From the NCBI RefSeq assembly GCF_963921235.1, contig NC_086097.1, positions 28,522,001-28,586,000 on the forward strand: 64,000 bases of DNA, given 5' to 3'. Both the position numbers and the translations under genes were made by a program. Of this stretch, positions 11,850-25,432 are shown in pieces; the stretch's first letter is position 1, and the number at the start of each line of letters is the position of its first letter. The DNA comes from Mobula hypostoma (taxonomy: Eukaryota). The notes beneath the pieces are model-generated. The model was not told the origin of the DNA. It was given only the letters and a program-made list of their open reading frames with translations, and searched no databases.

Positions 11850-13713
11850 GGTCACCTCTCATCCTCCGACGCTCCAAGGAAAAAAGGTCAAGTTCATTTA
11901 AACCTATTCTCATAAAACATACTCTCTGATCCAAGTAGCATCCTGATAAATCTCCTCTGCACCCCATTATTACACTTTTTTGTAACTTATAGTAATTATA
12001 ATTTACTAAGAAAGCATATGGTGTATTGGCCTTCATTATTGTGTTCGTTTCTGATCACCTTGTGATAGGAAGGATGTGGAAGCTTTAGAGTGCAGAGGAG
12101 GTTCACCAGGATGTGTCTTATGAGGATAGGTTGAGCAAATTGGAGTTTTTCTCTTTGGAATAAATGAGGATGAGAGGTGACTTGATAGGGGTGTATAAGA
12201 TGATAAGAGGCATAGATCGATTGGACAGAGAGACTTTTCCCAGGCCATAAATAGTTAATATGAGGGGAGATAACTTTAAGGTGATTGGAGGAAAGTATGG
12301 GAGGAGGGGTGGGGGAACGTCAGAGGTAGGATGTTACACAGAGTGTAATGGAACATGCTGCCAGGGGTTGGTGGTAGAGGCAGATACATGAGGGACATTT
12401 AAGAAACTCTTAGATAGGCAGATGGATGATAGAAAAATGGAGGGCCATGTGGGAGGGAAGGGGTAGATTGATCTTAGCGATTACGTTAAAAGGTTGGCAT
12501 AACATCACAGGCCAAAGGGCCTGTTCTGTGCTGTACTTTTCAATGTTCTATGTTTATTGATTACCTGCTCTGCACTTTCTCTATGGCTATTATGCTTTGC
12601 TCTGTTTTGTCTTACCTTGTGTTACCTCAATGCACTGTGTAATGATTTGATCTGCATGAACAGTGTGCAAGACATGCTTTTCATTGTATCTTGGTACATG
12701 TGCCAATAATAAGCCAACTCCGATTCCAAACTGTCTTAAGATATAAGCACAACAGATTCTGCAGATGCTGGAAATCCAGAGCAACACACACAAGATGCTA
12801 ATCAATGCTCTCAAAAGCATCGATTGATTATTCCCCCCATTGATGATGCCTGACTTGCTGAGGTCCTCCAGCGTTTTGTGTAAGGTGTCTTAAAATATGC
12901 ATGTTTCTAATAGATTGCCAATTTTGTGAAGCCTACCCTGTGACAGCTACCACCTCCCCTCAGTCAGCTCACATGTCATTTCATCTTGCTCTTAAAGGAA
13001 ACAATTGACCCAAAATGTGTTGGTGGTTTCCTGCACACATCCTCAGTGGTAGTAATCACTGGGACGATAGGCAGACATGGGGAGTAAAAACAAGAAGTTT
13101 TGTTTCACAACATCTACCAGTGATTCCCACAGACGATCTGACACTGTTTCAAGGGCTAAAGGTTATAGTGATGGCGAGAGGCTGCTTAGACTGGGCTTTA
13201 ATTTTTTTGGAATAAAAGGTGTATAAAATGATTCTGGGTGGCACAACACTTTCCAGTACAGGTGACCCAGGTTCAATTCCCGCCACTGTCCGTAAGGAGT
13301 TTGTATGCTCTCCCCATGTGACTGTGTGGGTTTCCTCCAGGTGCTCTAGTTTTCTCCCACAGCCCAAAGACATACGAGTTGGTAGGTTAATTGGCCATTG
13401 TTAATTGTCCTGTGATTAGGCTCAGATTAAATCAGGGGATTATTGGGTGGTGTGGCTTCAAGAGTCAGAAGGGCCTATTCTGCGAAGTAGCTCAATAAAT
13501 CAATAAATAAGATGGCGTAAATATGAAAGATCTATTTTCCTTGACAAAGCAGTCAATAACATAGGCTTAAAGTAAAAGGTAGAAGGATTACAGGGGAGTT
13601 TTGAGGAAAGGTATTCTTGCTCTCAATTCTTGAGAGAGGGTCTGGAACTAAGAACTGAGAACATTATAGCACTGAACAGGCACTCCAGCCAATGATGTTG
13701 TACTGACCTTCTA

Positions 13714-15311
13714 CAGTGCCTTGAAAAAGTGCTCAGCCCCCATGACTATCTCCACATTTTGCTGTCTTATTTTCGAAATTTAAAATATATTGAAGTAGGA
13801 TTTTTGAGCTAATCTACAAAACATTGTGCATCATGTCAAATTAAATAAATTATTCCAAAACCTGTCAATAATTTACGAAAAAATTAAAAACCAAAATGGT
13901 GAGGCTGAAAAAGTATTCATCCTCTTTGTAATTACTACACTGACTTTTATCAGGTGAAATATACTGTATTACCTTACCAACTCACCCAATTTGTTGATGT
14001 GGAAAATTGGAGGATCACCTGAATAGATTCCCCCTATTCCCCTCTCTCTGTAAGGTCCAACAGTATTATAGATTTTCAACAGACCAAACCAAAATGAAGA
14101 CAAAAGAGCATTCAAGACAAGTCAGGGAAATGATCATGGAGAAGCACAAATCTGGGGAAGGGTACAAGACCATCTCAAAGACACCGAACAAATCTCAGAG
14201 CTCAGTGCAGTCCATTGTGAAAAAGTGGAAAAAATATGAAAGCACAGCCACACTGCCCAGGTCAGGCTGTCCCTGTTAACTTAGTCGCTGGAGATGAATG
14301 GCGGCTACTGTGATGCCAATGGTCACACCGAGAGAGATCAGAAGTCAGTGTCTGCAACTGGAGATGAAGTTTATGGCTCCACAATCTCCAAGGCCTTGCA
14401 CAAAAAGTGTATTTATGGAAGAGTGGCAAGAAAGAAGCCCTGGCTGGAAAAAAAAAGCATATCCTTGCCCGCAAAGACTTTGCAAAGTGTCACTTAGAAG
14501 ATACTGTAAAGATGTTGAAGAAGGTCTTGTGGTTGGATGAGACTAAAGTGGAACCTTTTGACCTCAACACTAAGTGGTACGTGTGGCATACATCCAATTC
14601 TGCGGATCAGCAAGATGACACCATCCCCACTGTAAAGTATGGCGGAGGTAGCATCATGCTGTGGAGATGCTTTTCAGCAAAAGGTACTGGAAGTCTGGTC
14701 AGGATTGATGGGAAGATGACTGCTACTAAATACAGACAGATCCTAGATAAAAATCTGCTAGCCTCTGCCAGAAAATTTAAACTGGTGAGGAAGTTCATCT
14801 TTCAGCAGGATAACGACCCAAAGCACACTGCCAGAGCAACCATGGAATAGCTTCAAATGAAGAAAAATGATGTGGCCCAGTCAGACTCTTGACCTTCACC
14901 CGACTGAACATCTCTGGCAAGACCTCAAGATTGCTGTGCACCACCACTCCCCAACTAACCTGGCGCAGTTTGAGCAATTTTGCACGGAGGAATGGACAAA
15001 TCTTGTTCCATAATGTTGTGCAAAGCTAAATGAGACTTATCTTAAGAGACTACTGGCTGTAGTAGCTTTGAGAGGTGGTTCAACTAAATGCTGAGCAAAG
15101 GGAAATGAAGACTTTTGAACTGTTGATATTTCAGTTTTGAAGTTTAGTTTTTCATGCTTTACAAATTTCCATGATTTTTGGGCTCTACAGTGAAAAAAAG
15201 GAGCACGAGAGTCACAAATAAAATTCTCAGTTAAATTGATCGAAATCCCTGGTTGTAATACTCGTTTATGTGAACAAAGGGATGTGGGCTGAATACTTTT
15301 GTAAGGCATTT
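13714..15311 (+). mobile_element. Tc1-family transposon, full-length, transposase disrupted
   Basis: TA then cagtgccttgaaaaagtgctcagccc; matching degenerate right [40 protein letters not shown]; frameshifts. Confidence 0.92.
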
Positions 15312-16743
15312 CATCTGACTCCAAGATGAATCTAATACTTCCCTCCCATGTAACCCTCCATTTTTCTTTCACCCATGTGCCAATTCTGTTCCTCCAGTAG
15401 CTCTTTTGTTTTGCACCAGATTCCAGCATCTTAATGCTCCGGTTCCTGTTATCGTTTAGTCAGATAATTACCTGGATGTCAGAGGTAAGTTCTTTACACA
15501 GAGAATAATGGATGCCAGGGATGGTGGTAAAAGCAGATACGCTAGGGACATGGCTCTGAGACAGGCAGATGGATGAAAGACAAACGGAGGTCTATGTGGG
15601 AGGGAAGAGTTGGATTGATTCTCGAGTAGGTTAAAAGGTTGACACAACATCATTGGCTGAAGGGCCTGTACTGTCCATGAAAAGTCTCAACCTGAAATGT
15701 CAGCTGTTCAGTTCCCTCTGCAAATGCTGCCCGACCTGCTGAGTTCCTCCAGCAGTTTGTTTTTTTGCCTTTATGAGGATGAACAATTGACGAGGTCTAA
15801 CCTACAAAGTTACAAACCGTGAGATTCGGGCAATTGCCTTTTTTTTAAGAAAAGCCCAGCATGGACGCAAAGAGCTTCAACACCTCTATCAGCATCAAGA
15901 ATGATTGTTTCAAATTACATCAACACAAGAAGGAAATAACATCGGCCCTTTTGATCCTTTAACCTTCTCCAAGATCAACCTAATCCTTCCCTCCACCATA
16001 ACCTCCATTTTTCTATCAACCATGTGCCTATCAAAAAGTTTCTCAAATGCTCCTAATGTATCTGTTTTTACCACCACCCCTGAAATGAAAGTTCATAGTT
16101 CAACTATGAACTACTATTATCGACATATGTATATGTCAACATATTCTACCTTGAGATTCATTTTCTTATGGGTATTTATGAAAGTCAGGTGCAGGTATCC
16201 ATTTTAAACCGATAGACGCCCGAGAAGAGTTTATTTGTTGCATTCTCTGGGAAAGCACTAGATCCTTTTTCAAATATAATAACATTTATGAAAAACCATG
16301 CATAAACAGATAAAGATGGACAAGCTAAAAACAATGTGCAAAAGGAGAGAAACTATGCAAATAAAAATAAGAACTGAGAGCATGAATTCTTGGAAGTGAG
16401 CCTGTCGGTCGTGGAATCAGTTCAAAGTTGAGGTGAGTGAAGATATTCACTCTGGTTCAGAAGCCTGATGGCTGTGGGGTGATAACTGTTCCTGAACCTG
16501 TTGGTGTGGGACTCAAGGCTCCTGTAGCCCTTGCCCAATGGTTCCAACAAGAAAAGAACAAGGCCTGGATGGTGACAGTCTTTGATGATGGATGCTGCCT
16601 CCTTGCAACAGTGCTCCACATAAATGTTAAAGGCTTGCCTCCCTGAGCTAATCCCATTTTCCTAAATATTCTGTGAAGAATTATAATTACAATTAAGAAT
16701 TATAAAGAATAAATTCTTTGAAGAATTAGGGGATTGCTCTTAC

Positions 16744-16871
16744 TTATCATCATTGTTGTGTTCCTCTTGCAGAAGTCTTTCCTTGGTTAGTCCAATTTTC
16801 TCCAACTCCTGATTGAGCTTTTCCAACTCATTAGAGAGTTCCTGGCTCCTCAGCTTCTCATGGAAGAGTTC
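16744..16871 (-). CDS. CCDC88C: CCDC88-family exon 8 of 10 (128 nt)
   Basis: ttccag| and |gtaaga. ELFHEKLRSQELSNELEKLNQELEKIGLTKERLLQEEHNNDD plus 2 nt. Confidence 0.92.
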
Positions 16872-16959
16872 CTGGAATAGAGACCTACAGTTCAGCAGTG
16901 ACCACTGTAACCAGATTACCAACATTTCCACCACCAGTAATCCAATAACTAGAAAAAAT

Positions 16960-17152
16960 AACATAGAACATAGAACAGTACAGCACAGGCCCTTCGGCCA
17001 CAATGTTGTGCCGACCCTTAAACTCTGCCTCCCATATAACCCCCCCCCACTTTAAATTCCTCCATATACCTGTCTAGTAGTCTCTTAAATTTCACTAGTG
17101 TATCTACCTCCACCCACTGACTCAGGCAGTGTATTCCACGCCCCAACCAATC
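16960..17152 (-). mobile_element. Short 3' fragment of the CR1 family at 33122-35869
   Basis: Near-identical to 33122-33320. Confidence 0.85.
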
Positions 17153-17656
17153 TGTGAAGTATTGTGGATGTGTTTTAAAGAGAACGTTTCAGGGTAGCAT
17201 ATCTCAGACTTAGTAAGAAAGAAGGCAATGCTTCTGGAAATATGATAGAGAGTTATGGGGAAGCTAGAGTCACTGCGGCAAAGAAACAGGCCCTTCAATC
17301 CAACTAATCTGTGCTGAACTATGATTCTCCCCAGACCCATCAACTTGCACCTGGGCCTTAGCACTCCATACCAGGCTAGGTCTTTCTTCCTTTAAAGGTA
17401 GGAGAATAAGAGACAACATCGTGGAAGTGTATACATTTTGAGAGGCAGAGGTGGACAGTAACAGGCTCGGGGAGTCCAAAACTACGGTCATATGTTTAGG
17501 GTGAGAGGGGAAATGTTTAAAAGAGACGTGAGGGGCAACTTTTCCCGCACAGACAGTTTGAGTCTATGGGCCAAAGAGCCAGAGGAAGTGGTCAAGGCAG
17601 GTGGAGCTCAGAGGGATATAGGTCAAATGCAAGAAATTGTGGCTGTCTGGGTGGGT

Positions 17657-18309
17657 GAAGAGAGGAGGGGGAGGGGGAGAGGGGGGAGAGGGGGTAGAGT
17701 TGGGGAGGGGGGGAGAGGGGGAGAGGAGGAGGGGGGAGAGGGGGAGGGGGGAGAGAGGGGGAGGGGGAGAGGGGAAGAGAGGAGGAGAGGGGAGGGGGAG
17801 AGGGGAGAGAGGAGAGAGGGGAGAGAGGGGAGAGAGGAGAGAGGGGAGAGAGGGGAGAGAGGAGAGAGGGGAGAGAGGGGAGAGAGGGGGAGAGAGAGGG
17901 AGAGGGGGAGAGGGGGAGAGGGGGAGGAAGGGGAGGAAGGGGAGGGGGGAGGGGGAAAGGGGGAGAGGGGGGGGAGAGGGGGAGGGGGGAGGGGGATGGG
18001 GAGGGGGGAGGGGGAGGGGGAGAGGGGGGAGGGGGAGAAAGGGGGAGGGGGAGAAAGGGGGAGGGGGGAGAGGAGGGGGAGAGAGGGGGAGGGGGAGAGG
18101 GGGAGGGGGGAGGGGGAGGGGAGAGAGGGAGAGAGGGGGAGAGGGGGAGAGGGGGAGAGGGGGAAGAGAGGGGGGAGAGGGGGGGAGGGGGGAGAGGGGG
18201 AGGGGGGAGGGGGGAGGGGGGAGGGGGGAGGGGGGAGGGGGAGGGGGGGGGGAGAGGGAGAGGGGGGGAGAGGGGGAGGGGGAGAGGGGGAGGGAGGGAG
18301 AGGGAGGAG
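17657..18309. repeat. Polypurine (G/A) low-complexity tract of about 650 bp
   Basis: Almost only G and A on +, in (GGGGGAGA)-like units. Confidence 0.95.
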
Positions 18310-18884
18310 TTTTAATGTATGAGGACCATTTGATGGCTCTGGGCTGTACTCACTAGAGTTTAGAAGAATGAGGGGGGACCTCAGTGAAACCTATCAAATA
18401 TTGAAGGGTCTAGATAGAGTGGATGTGGAGAAAATGTTTCTATTAGTGAGGGCATCTAGGGCCAGAGGGCACAGCATCAGAATATAAGGATATCTCTTTA
18501 GAACAGAGTTGAAGAGGAATTTCCTCATCTGAATCTGTGGAATTCATTGTGACAGACAGCTGTGGAGGTCAAGTCATTGAGTATATTTAAAGCGGAGGTT
18601 GACAGATTCTTGATTAGTAAAGATTTCAAAGGTTATGGGGAGAAGGCAGGAGAATGGGATTGAAAGAGAAGATAATCAGCCATGATGGAACGGTGGAGCA
18701 GACTTGAGGGCTGAATTCTGTTTCTATGTCTCATGGGACTAGAGTAGGGTTTGTGTGAATGGGTGGTTGATGGTTGGCTGTAGGGTTTATTGCAGTATGA
18801 CTGTATGAGGAAAGGCCTACTCTGCTGTAGTGTTCTAATGCTGGCATTCCCGCTGATGTTTGTAGTAACTGAGGGATGTCCTAC

Positions 18885-19955
18885 CTCTCTGAGAGTCGCA
18901 AGTGTCCTCGTGTTGATGGTGGACTGCTTGACCACTTCTTTGTAGTCGACCTCCAGCTCCTTCAGTTTGTTGGTGCTTTCCTTGTACCTGCCCACGTCCT
19001 TCTCCAGCGCTCGCCTCTCCTTCTCCAGGCTCAACAGCTTCTGGCTGTTCTCATCCAGGATTGCGTCCTTCAGCTCTACCTGCTGCCACAGCCGCTTGTT
19101 CTCCCTGTCCAGCGTTGCCTTCTCCTTCTCCAGCTGCGCCGTGTCGTGCTCCAGAGTCTTGTTGTCCTTCTCCAGCACCTCCAGTCTCTTGCTGGAGACC
19201 TTCAGCTCCTCCAGGTTCCTCTGCAGGACATGGTTCTCATTCTCAGTATCCTGGAGCTCCTTTTCTAGTTGGCGGACTTTAGATTCACTGTTGTCTAGCA
19301 CCTTCTGAAGTCTCTGATTTTCTGATTCCAGACCTTGGTAGCTTATCTCCAGCCGCTCCGACTTCCGGTTCAAGGACTTCAACAGCTCCACGCTTTTCCT
19401 GAGTTCATCCTTCTCCTTTTCCAGCTCACGCTTCTCCATTTCCTCTTTGATAAGCTTTGTCCTCGCAAACTTCATGGTCTCCACCGTCCTCCTCAGCTCC
19501 ACGTTTTCCTCGTCCAGCTGCTTATTGTCCTTCTTCACTGATTCCAACTTGATCAGGGAGTTTTGCAGGCTGTTGAGAGACTTTTTCAACTTGCTGTTCT
19601 CCAGCTCGAGGTTCGAAACCTCTTGCTCCAAAGTGCTGACACTCTCACACGTGATCTTCAAGGAAGCAACGTGTTTTTGAAGCTGCTCATTGTCTTGCTC
19701 GAGCCTGGAGACATCCTTCTCCAGCGCTTCAGTCCGCTCCTCCTTCTCCTTGTACTGCAGAATCTCCCTGTGGGCCTGCTTCTTCTCGAACTCCAACTTG
19801 GCTAACTGGTTGGTGGTCTCTGAGATAGTCTTGTGGAGGATTTTGTTCTCCTTCTCGATGTCCTTCACCCTCGCTTCTGCACTGATTTCCGAACGTTCCC
19901 TGAGTGAAGTGATGGCCTGGTTTAAATGTTCATTCTCCTTCTCCAGCGCCTTTAC
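18885..19955 (-). CDS. CCDC88C: CCDC88-family exon 7 of 10, large coiled-coil exon (1071 nt)
   Basis: ctccag| and |gtagga. VKALEKENEHLNQ...SAEARVKDIEKENKILH...RLWQQVELKDAILD...RTLATLRE; lies within ORF 18633..19985. Confidence 0.95.
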
Positions 19956-20079
19956 CTGGAGACAAGAAAAAGGAGAACGTATCAAAAGGTCACTGCACTA
20001 CTGAAAGTTACAGAAAACTCACATGTTGAGCAAGATTAAACACAATCTCTATGCATACAATATTCTTTCCTCTCCTTTA

Positions 20080-20600
20080 TACACACAATGGCCACTTTAT
20101 TGGGTACATCTGTACGTTAATGCACATATCTAATCAGCCAAACATGAGGCGGCAACTCAATACATAAAAGCATGCAGACACTGTCAAGAGGTTCAGTTGT
20201 TGTTCACACAAAACTTCACGAACGTGGGAAAAAAATGTGATGCAGGTGACTTTGACTGAGAGATGACTGTTGGTGCCAGTCAGAGTGGTTTGAGTCTCTC
20301 AGAAACAGCTGATTGCTTGTGATTTTCATGCTCAATCTACTAGTTACAGAGAATGGTGCAAAAAGACACGCAGTGAGCAGCAGGTCTGGGGGCGAAAACG
20401 TCTTGTTAATAAGGGAGGTCAGAGGAGAGTGGTCGGACTGACTCAATCTGACAGAAAGGCAACAGTAATTCAAGTAACCACGTTACAACAGTGATATACA
20501 GAAGAGCATCTCTGAACACGCAACACATTGAACCTTGAAATCGATGGGCTGCAGTAGCAGAAGGCCATGAGCATACACTCAGTCCCCTCTTTATTAGGTA
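20080..20600 (+). mobile_element. Non-autonomous Tc1-like element (relatives at about 43935-44444 + and 58098-58632 -)
   Basis: Shared body ctaatcagccaa...gcaactcaatacataaaagcatgcagac. Transposase relic RRVARLVQADRKATVTQ. Confidence 0.7.
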
Positions 20601-20929
20601 TCAGAGTAGTCTTGATGAAGGGACTTGGCCAGAAACATCGACTGTTTAGTCTTTTCCATAAATGCTGTCCAGTCTGCTGAGTTCCTCCAGCATTTTGTGT
20701 GTGTTGCTTAGATTGCTCTGGATTTCCAGCATCTGCAGAATCTCTTGTGGTTAAACTATACTCTATTATTTTATTGCTTTTCCGTTGTACTTTGCCAATG
20801 AACTGATGAGATGAAATGATCTGGATGGATCTTATGCAGGAGAAAGTTTTTCCACTGTCCCTTGGTACATGTGACAATAATAAACCAATTTAACTTCATC
20901 TCTCTGGGGTATGCCCCTGAACGCACCTG

Positions 20930-21640
20930 AGAAAGTGCCGGAGGAACTCCACATGTCAAATAGCATCTATAGAGAGGAATAAACAGTCAATGCTTTGGGC
21001 CGAGACCCTTCATCGAACCGGAAAGGAAGAACGAAGTAGTCAGAATAAGGAGGTAGGGAAAGGAGAGGAGGACAAGAAGGTAGGGATAGGTGAAACCAGG
21101 TGAGGGGGAAGGTGAGTGGGTGGGGGAGGGAGAATGAAGTGAGAGGCTGGGAGGGTATAGGTGGAAGAGGTGAGGGGGAAGGTGGAGGAATCTGATAGGA
21201 GAGGTGAGTGGACCATGGGAGGAAGGGAAGGAAGGCACTGGAGGGAGATGATAGGCAGGTAAGGAGAAGAAAAGTGGGGAGAGGAGAGCCAGAGTGGGGA
21301 ATGGGAAAACAAGAAGGGGAGGAATTGCTGGAAGCTGGAAGAATCGATGTTCATACCATCAGACTGCAGACTATCCAACAGAATGTGAGGTATTACTCCT
21401 CAAACCTGAGAGAGGCCACAGTGTGACAGTAAACAAGGGCACATTGCAACATCGGAATGGGAATGGAAAGTAAAATTAAAATGGATGACGACCACAAAAT
21501 CTCGTCTATTCAGGTGCTCGACGAATATGCACCAGGTTTCACCGATGTGGGGAGTCTGCACCAGGAGCACTGGATCCAGCAGACAACCCCAACAGACTCA
21601 CAGGTGAACTGCTCGGGGCCCTGAATACCCGCTTTTCAGT
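20930..21640 (-). mobile_element. PLE 3' end: GIY-YIG C-terminus, CT-rich UTR, hammerhead-bearing repeat
   Basis: LQSDGMNID end motif; similar to 45370-45900; degenerate hammerhead core at about 20985-21015. Confidence 0.75.
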
Positions 21641-21947
21641 AATCACATGGTACGGCAGAGCATTTACTAACCAATGCAATCGGCTCACCAGTCGGATTCT
21701 GCAGCTGCTGGAAATCCAGAGCAACAAACACAAATTGCTGGAGAAACTCAGGTCCGGCAGCATCTACAGAGGAATCCTGATGAAAGACTAGGCTCACCAG
21801 GCTGCATGAGACCTGTATCCCCCTGTTCCCTAACGCAAGGGATTGTTCTGATGCTGGAGATGTTAAGTATTCCAGTCCTGATGAGGGTCTTGGTCCGAAA
21901 TGTCACCACACACATTCCGACACAATACTGCTCGTGTTTTGTGTTAC

Positions 21948-22085
21948 CTGCCGCTCTCTCTCAGCCTGAAGAACGTCCAGGCTCTCCTGTAGCCTGGCCT
22001 TGTCCTGCAGAAGTTCCTCGCTCAGGGTGCCCATGTCTTGGTTGCTCTGCTTCTCCTGTTCGAGTTCCGTATGGAGGCTCCCCAC
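21948..22085 (-). CDS. CCDC88C: CCDC88-family exon 6 of 10 (138 nt)
   Basis: gtcag| and |gtaaca. VGSLHTELEQEKQSNQDMGTLSEELLQDKARLQESLDVLQAERERQ. Confidence 0.92.
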
Positions 22086-24012
22086 CTGACGGCAAGGCAG
22101 AGAATACAAGTCAACTTGGTCCCTCTGGAAGGATGAAGCCAACATCTTTAGTGCCTTTCGCCTAACATCCTGAAGTATCTTAGAACTCTTGTTAGGCACA
22201 TGGCAGATAGCAAAAAGGAGGGCTATGTCGGAGGAAAGGGTTAGACAAATCACCTGGGTTAGAGAAGTCACATAAAGGCAAAAATGTAATGCTGAAGCTT
22301 TATAAGGCATTGATCAGACTGCACTTGGGAGTATTGTAAACAGTTTTGGGCCTTTTATCTGAGGTAGAATCCGCTAACAATGGAGAGGGTCCAGAGGAGG
22401 TTCACAAGAATTATCCTGGGAATGAAAAGGTTACATATGAAGAGTGTTTGATGGCTCTGGGACTGTACTCACTGGAGTTTAGAACAATGAGGGGGGATCT
22501 CGTTGAAATTGGAGGGGAGAGATTTAAATCAGAGGCAGTTTCTTCATTCAAAGGGTTGTGTGCATTTGGAAGAAGCTGCCAGAAATAGTATTGTGGTAGG
22601 AAGATGAGCAACATTCAAAACCTATCTAGATAGGTACATGGACAGGAATGGTTTGGAGAGCTATGGACCAAATGTAAGCAGATGTGACTAGCTTGTGGGA
22701 AGACATGAGCTGGGCCAAATGGCCTGTTTCATGCTAAATAACTGTATGACTATGGACTAAGCACACAAGAGTAGCAGATAATATTGAAGACTACTGGAAT
22801 ATTGACCCTTATTACAAGAAAGCTGGTGTATAAACATTGTTAACAGAGACAGATTTATATAGCATGGAGGCAGGCCTTTCAGCCGAACTTATGCGTGATT
22901 CATCTGTAGATTTAATCCTTACTTTCATTGTGTGTTATGTTTATTATGGGTACTTCTGTACTTTACACCCTGGTTCTGAGAAACGTTGTCTCGTTTGACG
23001 GTATACATGTATATAGTTAAATGACAATAAACTTAACTTGAATTGATTTCGCAAGCCTAGGAAAAAAATTCACCTTGTCTATAGTCCTCATGATTTTATA
23101 CACTTCAATAAAATAACTTCTCAGTCTCCAATGAATAAAAGGCCCGCCTGCTCGACCTCTCTCTATCACTCAATCCCTCGAGTCGCAGCAACGTCCCAGT
23201 ATAGATCTGCTGCATTCTTTTCAGCTTAATGGTATCTGAAGCATGAGGAAGAGTAATTTTCTAGTTGGTTTGAGGGCCTTTGTAACTCCTAGTCTCTGAG
23301 TTCTATGGTGACAGAATCTATGTGTGTATTTAAAGCTGACATCGACAGATTCCTGAGCTTAGAGAATCATGTGGCATGGGAAAAAGGCAGGACAGTGGAC
23401 CTGTGGAATAAACACAAGATGCTGGAGGAACTCAGCAAGTCAGGCAGCATCAATGGAGGGGAATCAACAGTTGATGTTTCGGGCTGTGACCCTTCATCAG
23501 GACTCTGAAGAATGTTGGATCAGCCACCATCCCACTGATTGGTGGGACAGACTCAAAGGGTCAAATGGCCTACTCCTGCCCCAACTTCTTAACGTCTTAA
23601 ATGGGGATATAGTCATTTCTTGCTGGAAAGGTTTGAGCAGGTTTGGAATTATCACCAAAGACTCTAACAAATTTTCTACAGACGTACCATGAAGAGCATT
23701 CTAATTGGCCGCATTACCAGCTTGTATGGAGGGGCCACTGTGCAGAATGGGAAAAATCTGCTGAAGGTTGCAAATTCAGCCAGCGCCGTCATGGGCATCA
23801 GCCTCCCCAGGATCAATGATTATCTTCTAAAAGTCACACACACACACACACATGATCTACCCGTCTATCTATTGCAATATACTGTTGCCACGACCAAAGC
23901 CAGTGACATTAAAATTGATTTTGATAATGATTCCTCCCCTCCTGTGAGGGACAATGACATTAGGAACTTGGTAGACTGCTGGAAGCCAGAAGGTTCAGAT
24001 GCCAGTTCAGAC

Positions 24013-24197
24013 CTTGTTGCTGAGGAGCTTGTTCTCCGCCTCCAGCTCCGCAGCTCTGGCCTTGCTCTCCTCCGCCGATAGCAAGGCTTGCCGGAGTTCC
24101 TCAACCCCATTTTGCAGGCTCTGGTTTTCCTTCTCCAGTTTCAGGATCCGGCTCGACGCCGACTCGTTCATCTCAAGGACAAACGACTTGCGGCCAG
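24013..24197 (-). CDS. CCDC88C: CCDC88-family exon 5 of 10 (185 nt)
   Basis: ttgcag| and |gtctga. (A)[28 protein letters not shown]...LLSNK; entry phase matches the previous exon. Confidence 0.92.
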
Positions 24198-25432
24198 CTG
24201 CAAAGGAGATCAAAGCAAAGCCACACTTAGATTACTGTGCTCGGTTCTTGTCGACTCGTCATAGGAAGGATCTGGAATCTTAGTAGAGAGGAGATTTACC
24301 AGGATGCTGCCTGGACTGGAGAGCAAACTGTAAACTCAAGAGATTCTGCAGATGCTGGAAATCCAGAGGAACGCACACAAAATGCTGGAGGAACCCAGCA
24401 GGTCAGGCAGCATCGATGAAGTCTTGATGAAGGGTTTCAGCCCAAAAGTTCGACTGTATTCCCCTCCACAGATGCTGCTCACTTGCTGAGTCCCTCCAGC
24501 ATGTTGTGTGGCTTTAGAGAAAATGTCTTATGAGGATAGGCTGAACAATCTAGGGCTTTAATCACTGGAGTGAAGGAGGTAGGAGGTTGACGAGTGACTT
24601 GATAGAGGTGTATAAAATGATAAGAGGCACTGATAGATTGGACAGCCAGAGACTTTTTCCCGGGATGGCAGTGTTTATACAAGAGGACATAATTTTAAAG
24701 CAATTGGAGCAAAGTATAGAGGGACAGTCGGAGGTAGTTTTATTACACACAGAGTGGTGAGAACATGGAATGTCCTGCTGGGGGTGGTGACAGAAGCAGA
24801 TACATTAGGGACACTTAAGAGACTCTTAGATAGGCACTTGGATGATAGAAAATGGAGGGCTATATAGGAGGGAAGGGTTAAGATTAACCTTAGAGTAGAT
24901 TAAAGAGTCAGCACAACATCATGGGCTATGAACTAAACTTGTAAGTGGAGGCTTAGTGGAGGAACTCATGGAATGAGTGAGAGGAAGGAACTGGGAGTTA
25001 AGGGCTTGGAGAGGCAGTTCACTCACAGATGGAAGGCACAGCAATTGGCAAAAGATCCGAGCGGAAGTGAGAAGAATCTGATTTTACAAAGCTGGAGGTA
25101 CGGTAAAGGTTAAGCCAGAGATCTCGGCCCATGAACCAGAACAGAGCTGCGACAGACCACTGATGTTGACTGACCTTTTATCCTACCCCAAGGTCAATCT
25201 AACCCTTCCCTCCCACATAGCCCTCCATTTCTCTTTCATCCATGTGCCCATCTTAGAGTCTCTTAAATGTCCCTAATGTATCTGGCTTGACCACCGTCAC
25301 AGCTGCTGGAGACATTTGATGTTGACGTTGTGTTGACCTGGTTCAAGAGAACAACACTATTTTTGCTCAGCAACACACGTCAAAGTTGCTGGTGAAAGCA
25401 GCAGGCCAGGCAGCATCTCTAGGAAGAGGTAC

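Noticed and set aside
17492..18356. 276-aa and 239-aa G/R/E-rich ORFs
   Set aside because: Artefact of a purine tract that lacks stop codons; flanks are CR1 debris.
18633..19985. 450-aa ORF as a standalone gene
   Set aside because: Only 18885-19955 is exon; the rest reads through into intron and CR1 sequence.
18876..20004. Several plus-strand ORFs
   Set aside because: Antisense shadows of the 1071-nt coding exon.
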